Positions 41,601 through 53,600 of a stretch of 64,000 bases of DNA are shown piece after piece. The notes below the pieces were generated by a model that worked only from the letters and a program-made list of their open reading frames with translations, did no database searches and had not been told where the DNA came from. Position 1 is the stretch's first letter, and each line of letters starts with the position of its first letter. A program made the translations under genes and the position numbers. The stretch is from Chiloscyllium plagiosum (Eukaryota): the NCBI RefSeq assembly GCF_004010195.1, contig NC_057718.1:45124894-45188893 (forward strand), given 5' to 3'.

Positions 41601-44600
41601 ATGTGTAACCAGGTTTTTAATGTCATACTAGCTTCATAATTATTGCTAATCATCCCCAGTGATCTGGAGAAATTAAACTTATGTTTAGGGAATGCCAAAT
41701 TTCTCGACTCTGATTAAAAACTAATTATTTAAAATTTGTGCTTTTCTAAGAATTTTGGTCACATCCATTTTAGTCACTATCCAATACAGTCATGCATTCA
41801 TTTCCCTTTACAAAAATTTGAATTAAAAGTGAAGTAGTTCTATTGCTTTTTAATTCCCAGTTTGGAAAAGGTGAATACTTCAACCTGAATGTTTGCCTAT
41901 CTGCTTGCTCATATCACTATTGCAACTCCAGATTTAATCTGGTAAAAGGAGAAACCAATGCCAGAGATCAGTAGGCAGATTGATTCAAGGCCGGTGGCAA
42001 TGCCCGGCAACAGCCTCGCCACTTAAACTGACTTACACCATGCCCTACATTGTCATTTCTGGTTTGTAGCCTTTAACTGCTTTTGCTGCCTTTTTGCTGT
42101 TTCTTTACTTCATTTAAATTGAGTCTATATCTGGCTCTTCAAATTTAAGATCTGTTCTCACTAATATGTTGATCTCAAGTTTTATTACCTTACCTGCTTT
42201 GTCTTTTCACCAACTCTTCTTAAAGACAGAAGGATTATGAGGCCAACCAGGTTCAAGGCACTCAGTTGGCTTTTCATGTAAAAATTATAGATCAGGAGCG
42301 TAGTCCACCCTTATTATTTGCTTACATATGGGAACATAATTTTCATTTACCACATTTTCATTTGGCACACTTCTTCTTAGATTGCTAAACCAGTGATATC
42401 TATCCCCTACAACACACCAGATTTTAAAGGAACTGTTTTTAAAAATTGGTTCAATTATATGAAATTATAGCAGTTAACCAGTTTTGCTAATATTTGCATA
42501 TTCTATAAAGATATTGGTTAAAGAGTTTACTTTTCATCTCTTCCCCAAAATTCCAAGAGCGATTAAAATCCTGTTTGGTCTTCTTTAATTCATCTTCCAG
42601 TTGGTGAATTTGTGTAGAATTCTGATTAAGCTTGTTGCTCAGGCAGTTTCTTTCTTCCTGAATACTCTGTAATTAGAAAATTGTTTGCAAAATTTGATTC
42701 TACTTAAATTGATAATGTGAATAAATAGCTAAATTTAAAAATGTGAAGTGTGTAAAAGAATATGGTCACTGATAACTGTTACTATTCAGTTTCTCCCAAA
42801 GGAAATAAAAGTAAAAAAAGTAAGACCTCTAGCTTCTACCATGCCTAATTCATTTGCCACTCAAACCACCACCAATAGGTCATTTCTAAACTCAAACACT
42901 CTAATGCTCTTCGGTGACCTTTTTGAGGTTTGTTAAGGTTATTGTACAATGAGAGGATTAATTAGCAACATTGTGGTGCAAGATCCTTTGGGGAATACTG
43001 ACCATAATAAGGTAGAATTCTTCAGTAAGATCAAGAGAGACACAATTAAAGCTGAGATTAGGGTCCTAACTTTGATGCTATGACGCATGCATTGGCTAGG
43101 ATAAGCTAGCCAAGGATACTTAAAGGGTTGACACTGTGGATAGGCAATATCAGACATTTAAAGAACACATGGATGAACTTCAACAAATGTACATCCCTGT
43201 CTGGCGTAAGAGTAAAACTGGCAAGATAGCTCGACCATGGCTAATAAGGGAAATCAGGGATATAGTGTTAAAGCTAGAGTAAGGAGCAAATCGGAGGACT
43301 GGGAGAAATTTAAAATTCAGCAGAGGAGGATAAAGGGGTTAATTTGGAAGAGGAACAATAGAATATGAAAGTAAGCTCGCAGAAGACATAAAAACTGACT
43401 ACAAAAGCTTTGAAAGATACGTTAAGTGAAAAAGACTGGCAAATCTGTTAGAAACAGGTGAATTCATAATAGACAACAAAGAGATGGCATACCAGTTGAA
43501 CAAATACTTTGGATCTGTCTTCACGAAGGAGGAGACAAATAACATTTTAGAAATGCTAGGGGACAGAAAATCAAGTATGAAGGAGGAACTTAAAGAAATC
43601 CTTATTAGTCAGGAAATGCTTTGGGGAAACTGAAGGGATTAAAACCTGATAAGTCCCCAAAGCCTGATGCTCTCCATCCTAGAGTACTTAAGGAAGTGAA
43701 CCTAGAAATAGCAGACACATTGGTGACCATTTTCCAGCATTCTATAGACTCTGGAAGAGTTCCAATGGACTAGAGGGTAGCTAATGTAACCCCACATTTT
43801 AAAAAAGGAGGAAGAGAGAAAACAGGGAATTATTGGCTGGTTAGCCTGATATCAATGGTGGGGAAAATTCTGGAGTCAATTATGAAGGATGTAATAACTG
43901 AGCATTTGGTGACAGAAAAGCTCCAAATGAGCATGGATTCACTAAAGGGAAATCATGCTTGATAAATCATTTTTGAGGATGTGACCAGTAGAGTGGACAT
44001 GGGTAAATCAGTAAGTTTTGAGTATCCAGACTTTCGAAATGTTTTTGACAAGGTTCCACACAAGAGGTCAGTCAGAAAAATGAATGGTCATAGCATCTGA
44101 GGTAACGTTTGGACATGGATAATGAACTGGTTGGCAGACAGGAAGCAGAGAGTTAGAGTGGCAGTCAGTGACGAATGGAATATTGCAGGGTTCGGTCTAG
44201 GACCCTAGCTCTTCACAATATACTTGAATGATTTGGACGAAGGAATTGAATTCAATATCTCCAAATTTGCAGATGACACTAAGCTAAGTGGCAGTGTATG
44301 CTTAAGGAGGATGTTAAGAGGCTGCAGGGTGACTTGGACACGCTGGCTGAGTGGGCAAGTAGTTATATAATGTGGATAAATGTGAGGTTAGCTATTTCAG
44401 TCAGAAAAATCGGAAAGCAGATTACTTGAATGGTGGGGTTTAGAGAAAGGCAAGATGCAAGAAGTCTTGGTTGTCACGGTGCAACAGTCGCTGAAGGTTG
44501 GCTTGCAAATGCAGTAGGCAGAGAGAAAGGCTAATAGCATGGTGGCCTTCATAGCAAGAGGATTTGGATATAGCAGTAGGGATGTCTTGCTGCAGTTATA

Positions 44601-47600
44601 CAGGATTGAGGCCACACATTGGGAATTGTGTGCAGGTTTGATCTTCTATTCTTAGGAAAGACATTCTTGCTATTGAGGAAGTCCAGTGAAGCTTCATCAG
44701 ACTGATTCCCAGGATGGCAGGATTGAAATATGAAGAAAGATTAGATCAACAGGCCTTGTATTTGTTGGAATGTAGAAGAATGAGAGGGGATCTATAGAAA
44801 TATATTAAATCCTGATGGGACTGGACAGGTTAGATGCAGGGAGAATGTTCCTGATGTTGGGGAAGTTCAGAACCACGGGTCACAGTTTAAGAATAGAGTA
44901 AGCCATTCAGGATGGAGATGAGGAAGAATTTCTTCATTCACAGAGTTGTGAACCAATAGAATTCTCTACCACAGAAATCTGTTGGGGCCAATTTGTTAGA
45001 TATATTTAAGAGGGAGCTGGATGTGTTCCTAAAGGGTTCAAGGAGTATGGGGAAAAGTAGGAATGTGATACTGAAATTGCATGATCATATTGAATGCTAG
45101 TTTAGGCTCAAAGGCCAAATGGCCTACTCCTGCACCCAGTTTCTATGAAATCATCAGGTGCCCAGATAAGGTCAATGATAGGGTGGGGAGATCAAAACTA
45201 GGAGGCATATTTTTAAGGTGAGAGGAGAAAGATTTAAAAATGACATAAGCAACAATTTTTTTTTAGACAGAGTAATGAGTGTGCGAAACTGCCAGAGAAT
45301 GTGCTGAATGTATGTACAGTTACAACATTTAAAAGACATTTGAATAAGTTCATGAATAATAAAGGTTTGGTGAGATATGGGCCAAGAGCAGGCAGGTGGG
45401 ACTAGTTTTTTTGGGAACATGGTCAGTGTGGACTGGTTGGACTAAAGGATCTGTATCCATGCTATATGATCTATGACTCTACTCTTATAAGATACCTATT
45501 CTTCACTTTGAAGTTTTGGCTCATCCAAAATGCAGCATTTTGCATCAATTACCCCGGCCCTCCATACCTTACATTAGTTCTCTCGCCCTATCGTTGCTCA
45601 AAATTTTAAATGTTAACCTTATATAGAATTATCTCTTCATTTCTTCACAACCTCCAAGCCTGACAACTCCCCCACTTGCACAACCAAATGCTCTGTTCCT
45701 GACTTAGTCTCTTGTGCAGTATCTCTCCTTTTCTGCCTACCCCTGTAGCTGCCTAGGCATTGAGGTAAAACTATAAGAAAGCAAATGCTAGAAATCTGAC
45801 ACAAAAAATGAGACGACTGGAGAATCTCAGCAGGTCTGGCAGCATCTGTGGAGAGAAAATACAGTTAAAATTTCAAATCCAGTTGAGGCTGCCATCCTTT
45901 AAGCATTATACTTTCTAAAGTCCTTTTGGTTCAGAGTAATTTTTCCTCAAGTCTCAGTGATATACCTAGAGTGTTTTCTGCCCCAAGACTCTGTTTAATA
46001 GCAAGTTACCGTTGATATGACAGGTATATTGAATATCAATGATATAGTCTGCCTCATTCTTTGAATGCTGTCTCGCTTCTATATACAAAACAGTGTAAGA
46101 ACATTCATTGAGAAAAGGGAAGTGCACACTCATTTAATAAACTAAAATGCCAAGCAGAATTGTTCATTCTTTCAAAAAAGTTTGAATTCCTTAATAAATC
46201 TTACTTCGAGTTTTTTTTTCAAGTCATTTTCCTTTGTCTGATTTTCCTTTAGCATTTGGTTAGACAGAGATAATTGTTGCTTGATTTCATCCAGTTCTCT
46301 TTCTAGTTTTTGTTTGTGTGCTGTTACCTGTAATTAAAATTTCAAATGTAAAAACCTTTCAATCACTTTTTATCCTTAAGTAAAATGAAAATATTTGATA
46401 AGATCAGTTTTCCTAATTTGAAAGTAATTAAACCTTATCGAATGGACATTATAATGAATGGACTGTAAATCCCAGTTCTCAAACACCTTGTGCACCAAAA
46501 TGAGAAATTTGCATATAGTTTGAATCATAGCTCACATTGCTTTTGAAGCATAACAGAGGAATTCAATATCCAGACATTGTTAGAGTTACTGCTTAAAAAA
46601 TTGAGCAAACGAGTCTAAATTTGTCATTAAGTGCATTCATTCAGATAGTTCAACACTGCAAGTTGTACACATTAGATACATGAGTTGAGTCCAAAATTAC
46701 ATACTTTATCACTCTCCAACTGTAGAGCACTATAATCATTTTTGGCTTGCTGTAACTCCTGGTTCAGCTTATTTTTCATTTGGCTGAATTGTTGATCCAG
46801 GCTCTGCAGGGAGTGTTGTTGATGAGAAAGCTCCTTTGAAAGATATAAAATTTAGAGATTAAGTATACACATATGTATAAAGGAGCCCTGGCAAAGCTGG
46901 AACTTTGGGAATTAGGGTGAAATCTCTTCATTCATTGAAATCATATCTAGTACAAAGGAAGAGTGTTGTGGTTGTTGGAGGTCAATTATCTCAAGCGCAA
47001 AATATCACTGAAGCAGTTGGTAGTGAGACTTGAACAGATGTTCCAGCCTAAAGGTAGAGACACTGCCACTGTGCCACAAGAGCCCAATGTACTTCTTAAG
47101 TTAGATACTTTCTATTCAAACTCTTTGGAAATATTGTTACACACCTCTGGAGCAGATGGGATTTGAACCTGGGTCTCCTGGCTTAGAGGTAGGGGCACTA
47201 TCATTGCATCCCAAGACTGTCAGACCCAATGATTTTCAGTTGCCTCATTAATCATTTTCCATCCACCATAAGATCAGAGGTGGGCATGCTTGTTGATGAT
47301 AGCACAATGTTCAGATACTGAAGTAGCCCACGTCAAACTGCAGGAAAACTGGACAACATCCAGGCTTGGACTCTTAAGTGGCAGGTAATATTCATGCTGC
47401 AAAAGTGCAAGGCATTGACCATCTCCAACATGAGAGAATATAACCATCTCTCCTTAACATTCAATGGCATTAACATATCTTGCGGTTAACATTGATCAGA
47501 AACTACACTGGATCTGTCAGATTGATATTACAGCTACAAGAGCAGATCAGAGACTGAAAATTAAGCAATGAATAATGAACTTCCTGACTCTCTTCAAACC

Positions 47601-50600
47601 CTGCCGAGGCATGAGTCAGGAGTTTCACTGAATGATCTCCACTTGCCTGATTAAGTGCAGCTCCAACCACACCTTTGAAGGTCAGCAACACCGAGGAGAA
47701 AACAACCTGCTTGACTGGCACTCCATTTAGGACCTTCAACATTCATTCCCTCCACCACTGACATAAACTAGCAGCAAAGTGTAGCATCTCCAAGATGCGC
47801 TGAACTAATTCAAAAAGACTCCTTCAACAGCACATTCCAAATCTCTGATCTGGATTGCCTAGAGTTACATGGGAACACCACTATCTGAAAGTTTCTTTCC
47901 AAGGCACATACCACCCTAACTTGGCCCAGTCCTTTACTGTCACTGGGACAAAATCTGGAAGCTTATAGTGCCTACATCATATGGAAAGCAGAATTTCAAG
48001 AAGGCAGCTCACCACCATCTTATCAAGGACAAAGCCAGAATTTGTTGTCTGTTGGCCACCACCCTTGAGAAGGTCATGTCTATTTTTAAACCATAACAAT
48101 CACCCAAACATATTACAGGTCACTGAATAATACATATCCTTTTTTGCAAGATTTGTGAAGGTTTGTAGCTCAGGTTGAGGTTTAGGGTGTAGGTTTGCTC
48201 ACTGAGCTGTAGGTTTGATATCCAGACGTTTCATTATCTGGCTAGGTAACATCATCAGTGGCGACCTCCAAGTGAAGCGAAGCTGTTGTCTCCTGCTTTC
48301 TATTTTGTTTATATCTTGCTCCTGGATGGGGTTCCTGGGATTTGTGGTGATGTCATTCCCTGTTCATTTTCTGAGGGGTTGATAGATGGCATCTAGATCT
48401 ATGTGCTTGTTTATTGCGTTGTGGTTGGAGTGCCAGGCCTCTAGGAATTCTCTGGCATGTCTTTGCTTAGCCTGTCCCAGGATAGATGTGTTGTCCCAGT
48501 CGAAATGGTGGTTTTTTTCATCCGTGTGTAGGGCTACGAAGGAAAGGGGGTTGTGTCTTTTTGTGGCTAGCTGGTGTTCATGTATCCTGGTGGCTATCTT
48601 TCTTCCTGTTTGTCCTATGTAGTGTTTGTGACATTCCTTGCATGAAATTTTATAGATGACGTTGGTTTTGTCCTTGGGTTGTACTGGGTTTTTTAAGTTT
48701 GTTAGTTTTTGTTTGAGAGTCTTGGTGAGTTTGTGTGCTACTAGGATTCTGAGGGGTCTCAGTAGTCTGGCTGTCATTTCTGAAACTTCTTTGATATATG
48801 GTAAGGTGGTTAGGGTTTCTGGCTGTGTTTTGTCTGCTTGTTGTGGTTTGTTCTTGAGGAATCTGCGCACTGTGTTTTTTGAGTATCCATTCTTCTTGAA
48901 TACGTCGTATAGGTGGATATCAAACCTACAGCTCAGCGAGCAAACCTACACCCTAAATCTCAACCTGAGCTACAAACCCACAAACCTTGCAAAAACCTAT
49001 GGGCGCAACACGCTACAACTGGCCCGAAGATGGGAAAGGAATCCGAGAGAGTTCTACCTGCGAACAACTGTACTTCCTGCATGAATGTTTAAGAAAACAG
49101 GTACTGCCAAAATGTTTCCAATATAAACCGCCGATAAAAACACCTCAAGCCAGAAATTTAACAGAACAAAACGGCCACAGAATGCTCCGAGAACTAATCA
49201 ATGACGCCCACCACAGACTCCGAAAATACAACCGGGAAATTGCGTGCCAAAAACCGTTATTCAAACAAGCAACAACTCAAGAATGGACAGATGCGGTAGA
49301 ATGAGCCATAAACACCAAACAACGACAAACACAGATAAAGAAAAATCGGGACCTGAAGAAAAAACTTGACAAGCTCACAAAAAAGGACAAAACCGATAAC
49401 ACAGGGGCATGGATAAAGAACGTATCAGACCGGACCCTATCAGACACAGAAGAAGCGGTATACTAGTCAAAGGATTAAATTTCAATTACCGAGACGCTGA
49501 CAAGAAGGATTTCCTAGCGGCATTAGAAACCACATTGAAGGACAACAATCTCATGGAAGAAACACAACAACCTATCAGACAGACAGTTACACCTACTCTG
49601 AGCCGAAAAAGGGAAGGAAACAAACTGAACACACAAGAAAAGAAAGCCCTAGAAAACCTCAAAAAAGACAAAAACATTGTTATATTACCTGCAGACAAAG
49701 GTCGGCTCACAGTCATCCTGAACAGAGCTAAAAATCACACAACACCAGGTTATAGTCCAACAGGTTTAATTGGAAGCACACTAGCTTTCGGAGCGACGCT
49801 CCTTCATCAGGTGATTGTCGCTCCGAAAGCTAGTGTGCTTCCAATTAAACCTGTTGGACTATAACCTGGTGTTGTGTGATTTTTAACTTTGTACACCCCA
49901 GTCCAACACTGGTATCTCCAAACCAAATAAACCTGTTGGACTATAACCTGGTGTTAGGTGATTTTTAACTTTGAACACCCCAGTCCAACACCGGCATCTC
50001 CAAATCATCCAGAACAGAAGGGACTACATCGAGAAAGCCAATGCACTACTCGTAGACACCAAGACCTACCAAAGGGTGGCGCTAGACTCAACCCCATAAT
50101 TAGGAAACAAAATTACATATCTCCTAAGAAAATTAGACAATTCCGGACAATTAAACAAGACGAAATTCCAGAAAATGAAACCCGACAGGACCAACACCCC
50201 ACGATTCTACAGACTACCCAAAATCCATAAACCAGGAACCCCTCCCCCAGACCTATAGTGTCACTATCCGGAACACCTACTTACAGACTGGCCAAAGAAC
50301 TACACGCAAGACTGAAATACCTAGTAGAAGAGTCACAGCACTCCATCCACTCCACCCACGAATTCCTAAAAAACACCAAAATAGAGGAAGACGAAGCAAT
50401 GATCTCATTCGACGTAACAGCACTATTCACCTCCATCAACATCGACCTAGCAAAGGAAAAACTCGCCACACTTTTAGAACAGACCATCACACACAGACCA
50501 ACCACCATCAATCACATTACCAACGAAAACATCATGAAGCTAGTGGACCTGTGCCTCACCACCCACTTCACTTTCAACAACATAGTCTACAAACAAATCA

Positions 50601-53600
50601 ACGGCACAGCCATGGGATCTCCGCTATCAGGATTCATAGCAAAAGCGGTAATGCAAAGGTTAGAACAAACAGCCCTACCAATCATCAAACCAAAAATGAA
50701 CAAACAGCCCTACCAATCATCAAACCAAAAATCTGGGTTCGCTACGTAGATGACACCTTTGCCATCACAAAACGAAACAAGATAGAAGAGACATTTAACA
50801 TCATCAACAACACCCTCACAGGCATAAAGTTCACCAAGGAGGAAGAAACTGACAACAAACTCGCATTTCTGGATGTCACCGTAGAAAGAAAGGACAAGGG
50901 AGAATTACAAACCTGCATATACAGAAAACTGACAAACACTGACCAAATACTCAACTACACCAGCAACCACCCCAACACACACAAACGAAGCTGTATCAGA
51001 ACACTATTCCAACGAGCCACCACACACTGCAGCACAGACGAACTTCGAAAAACAGAGAACCACCTATACGACGTATTCAAGAAGAACGGATACTCAAAAA
51101 CACAGTGCGCAGATTCCTCAAGAACAAACCACAACAAGCAGACAAAACACAGCCAGAAACCCTAACCACCTTACCATATATCAAAGAAGTTTCAGAAATG
51201 ACAGCCAGACTACTGAGACCCCTCAGAATCCGAGTAGCACACAAACCCACCAAGACTCTCAAACAAAAACTAACAAACTTAAAAAACCCAGTACAACCCA
51301 AGGACAAAACCAACGTCATCTATAAAATTCCATGCAAGGAATGTCACAAACACTACATAGGACAAACAGGAAGAAAGTTAGCCACCAGGATACATGAACA
51401 CCAGCTAGCCACAAAAAGACACAACCCCCTCTCCTTCGTAGCCCTACACACGGATGAAAAAACCCACCATTTCGACTGGGACAACACATCTATCCTGGGA
51501 CAGGCTAAGCAAAGACATGCCAGAGAATTCCTAGAGGCCTGGCACTCCAACCACAACGCCATAAACAAGCATATAGATCTAGAGGTCATCTATCAACCCC
51601 TCAGAAAATGAACATGAAATGACATCACCACAAATCCCAGGAACCCCATCCAGGAGAAAGATATAAATAGAAAGCAGGAGACAACAGCTTCGCTTTACTT
51701 GGAGGTCGCCACTGATGACGTTACCTAGCCAGGTAATGAAACGTCTGGATATATCCTTTTTGCTTGAGGGAGAAAATAGCACAAACCAAAAAGCAATGGG
51801 AATTAATGGAGCGGTCTGAGAGTGAAGAGAAGCAGCACCCACCTGCATGTTTTGTTCTGCAATGAGGAAATAATGATGGCCACTTTGAGAAGATACATTG
51901 CTGAGAACCATTGTTTCCCCACTTCCTCTCAATTCTAGAAACTCGTCCTGCTCTGTCCACTCTCCAGTCATGCTCAATGCCAGATGAAGCTCCATTAGGT
52001 TATTCATGCCTCGAATTTTGTGTATTAGTGATTAAGTCAAGATATACTTCAGTTTTGACACACCACTCTAAAGTATTGAAGTTTTAAACAATTACGGAAA
52101 AGCAGCCAAAACTCAGACATTGCATTAGCAGCGAGAAGAATTCATCCTTTGTTAGAGACAAAAAAGTTGCAGATGCTGGAATCAAAGGTAGACATGCAGG
52201 AGGCTGGAAGAACACTGCAAGTCAGGCAGCATCAGGAGGTGGAGAAGTCAACATTTTGGGTGTAGCCCTTCTTCAGGACCATCCAGAACAAAAGATCCAG
52301 CAACTAATTATCAACTGGTTGCTGATCCCTTTGGATAACATTTGGGTGGGGTGGGTTTACAAGAGAAGATTTTGTAAATTCAATGGTATGAAGGGACATA
52401 TGATGCTAAGGAAGCACACACACTGCAGTGTGGAACTAAAAAATGGCACTAATGTCAAAGCATCATTACACAATGATGGATGTTACAAATTTGCCTGTTT
52501 TATGTGCTCCCAGTTGTTTTTAGTTTGCCTGTACACACACCTTTGTAATTGCACGGTCCAGTGCACTTTCTATTCAAACTAAGCCTGTATGAAAACATGA
52601 TCTTGACAATTGAGGAGATCCACAAAAATAGGTGCTAATGGAGCCCTTTTTGACCCTTGATCTCAGCGTAATGGCTAACTTTTACGGATCATTCTAGTCC
52701 TGCCGCATTCGGCTAGAAAGTCAGCAATGAGCACACACACCATACAGTTGGCTGTACTTTAGCAATTGATGATCAGAATCAGCATTAATTGCTATACCAT
52801 AAGACTTCTGCTCTATCTTGAGGGTAAGTCTTGCTTCAGAGAGCTGGAAGGGTGTTAAACTCTGTAGTTCCAGCAGCATCACAAAACAACAGTGGCCACT
52901 GCTGGGACTACAGGCAGAAACAATGAAGAGGAGCTTGGATTGATAGGTCAATCCAGGCTCTCGCTAGGGCCAGGAAAGCAGTTGCTGGCAAAGAGGGTGG
53001 AGGGCCATGATGAGCGGTCAGATGGACCAAGCAAAAGAAGAAACATAATCTGGAGATGGAGCAGCATTGCCTCTGATGAGCATAGTGCTGGACCAATCCC
53101 ATTGCAGGTAAAATGGCGGTACAGGCAGGATGTGGACTATTAGTTGCCCATTTAAAAACCTCAAAAGCTCCAAGTATGTTCTAGCTGCCACTTCTCTCCC
53201 GTCCCTCACAAAATATCAGACAACTTAGGAGTAGGTAGCAGGAAGGTCACGCACTGGATTTTACAGCATTCAAACCCACGAATTGATGCATGTAGCATCC
53301 AAACCATTCATATATTTAGGATGCGATACATGTAGAAACATAAATAAAGTGATAGAGATGTACAGCACAAATAAAGGCCTTTGGCTACCCTAACTTTGGC
53401 ATCATTAATCAAGTCAGGTTGGTAGATGTGGAAAAGCCTGAAGAAATTCATCCCCATGAGTGAACTCCAAGCCACACATATCAGATACAATAGTATATGG
53501 AAATTGCATACATACTATCAACTGTTTTGTCTTCAAACTACAATGCAAAGTTTTACTTTAGCGGGTGTTGATTTCAAATAATGCTGAGAGCATTGTTATC

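Larger units (their letters stand above)
48990..51611 (+). pseudogene. Disrupted Penelope polyprotein ORF (N-terminus, RT, GIY-YIG)
   Basis: Successive ORF pieces 48987..49304, 49409.., 50258..50749, 50551..51165 and 51105..51611; 35-bp tandem duplication 50663..50732; nested insertion 49727..50004. Confidence 0.85.
48141..51750 (+). mobile_element. Near full-length Penelope-like retroelement (RT plus GIY-YIG endonuclease), frameshifted, with inverted 5' pseudo-LTR 48141..48916
   Basis: [52 protein letters not shown] atatccttttt at 48134 and 51751. Confidence 0.95.

Noticed and set aside
47015..47217. tRNA-like B-box fragments (also 24840..24910)
   Set aside because: No cloverleaf; degraded SINE heads rather than tRNA genes.
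49729..50004. Repeat-spacer look reminiscent of CRISPR
   Set aside because: Eukaryotic context; explained as inverted and tandem retroelement tail copies with a TSD.
51579..52007. 142-aa minus ORF with a donor-like site at about 51842, considered as a CENPF exon
   Set aside because: No CENP-F similarity or coiled-coil character, and partly within the Penelope tail. The expected 126-nt exon is at 53603..53728.
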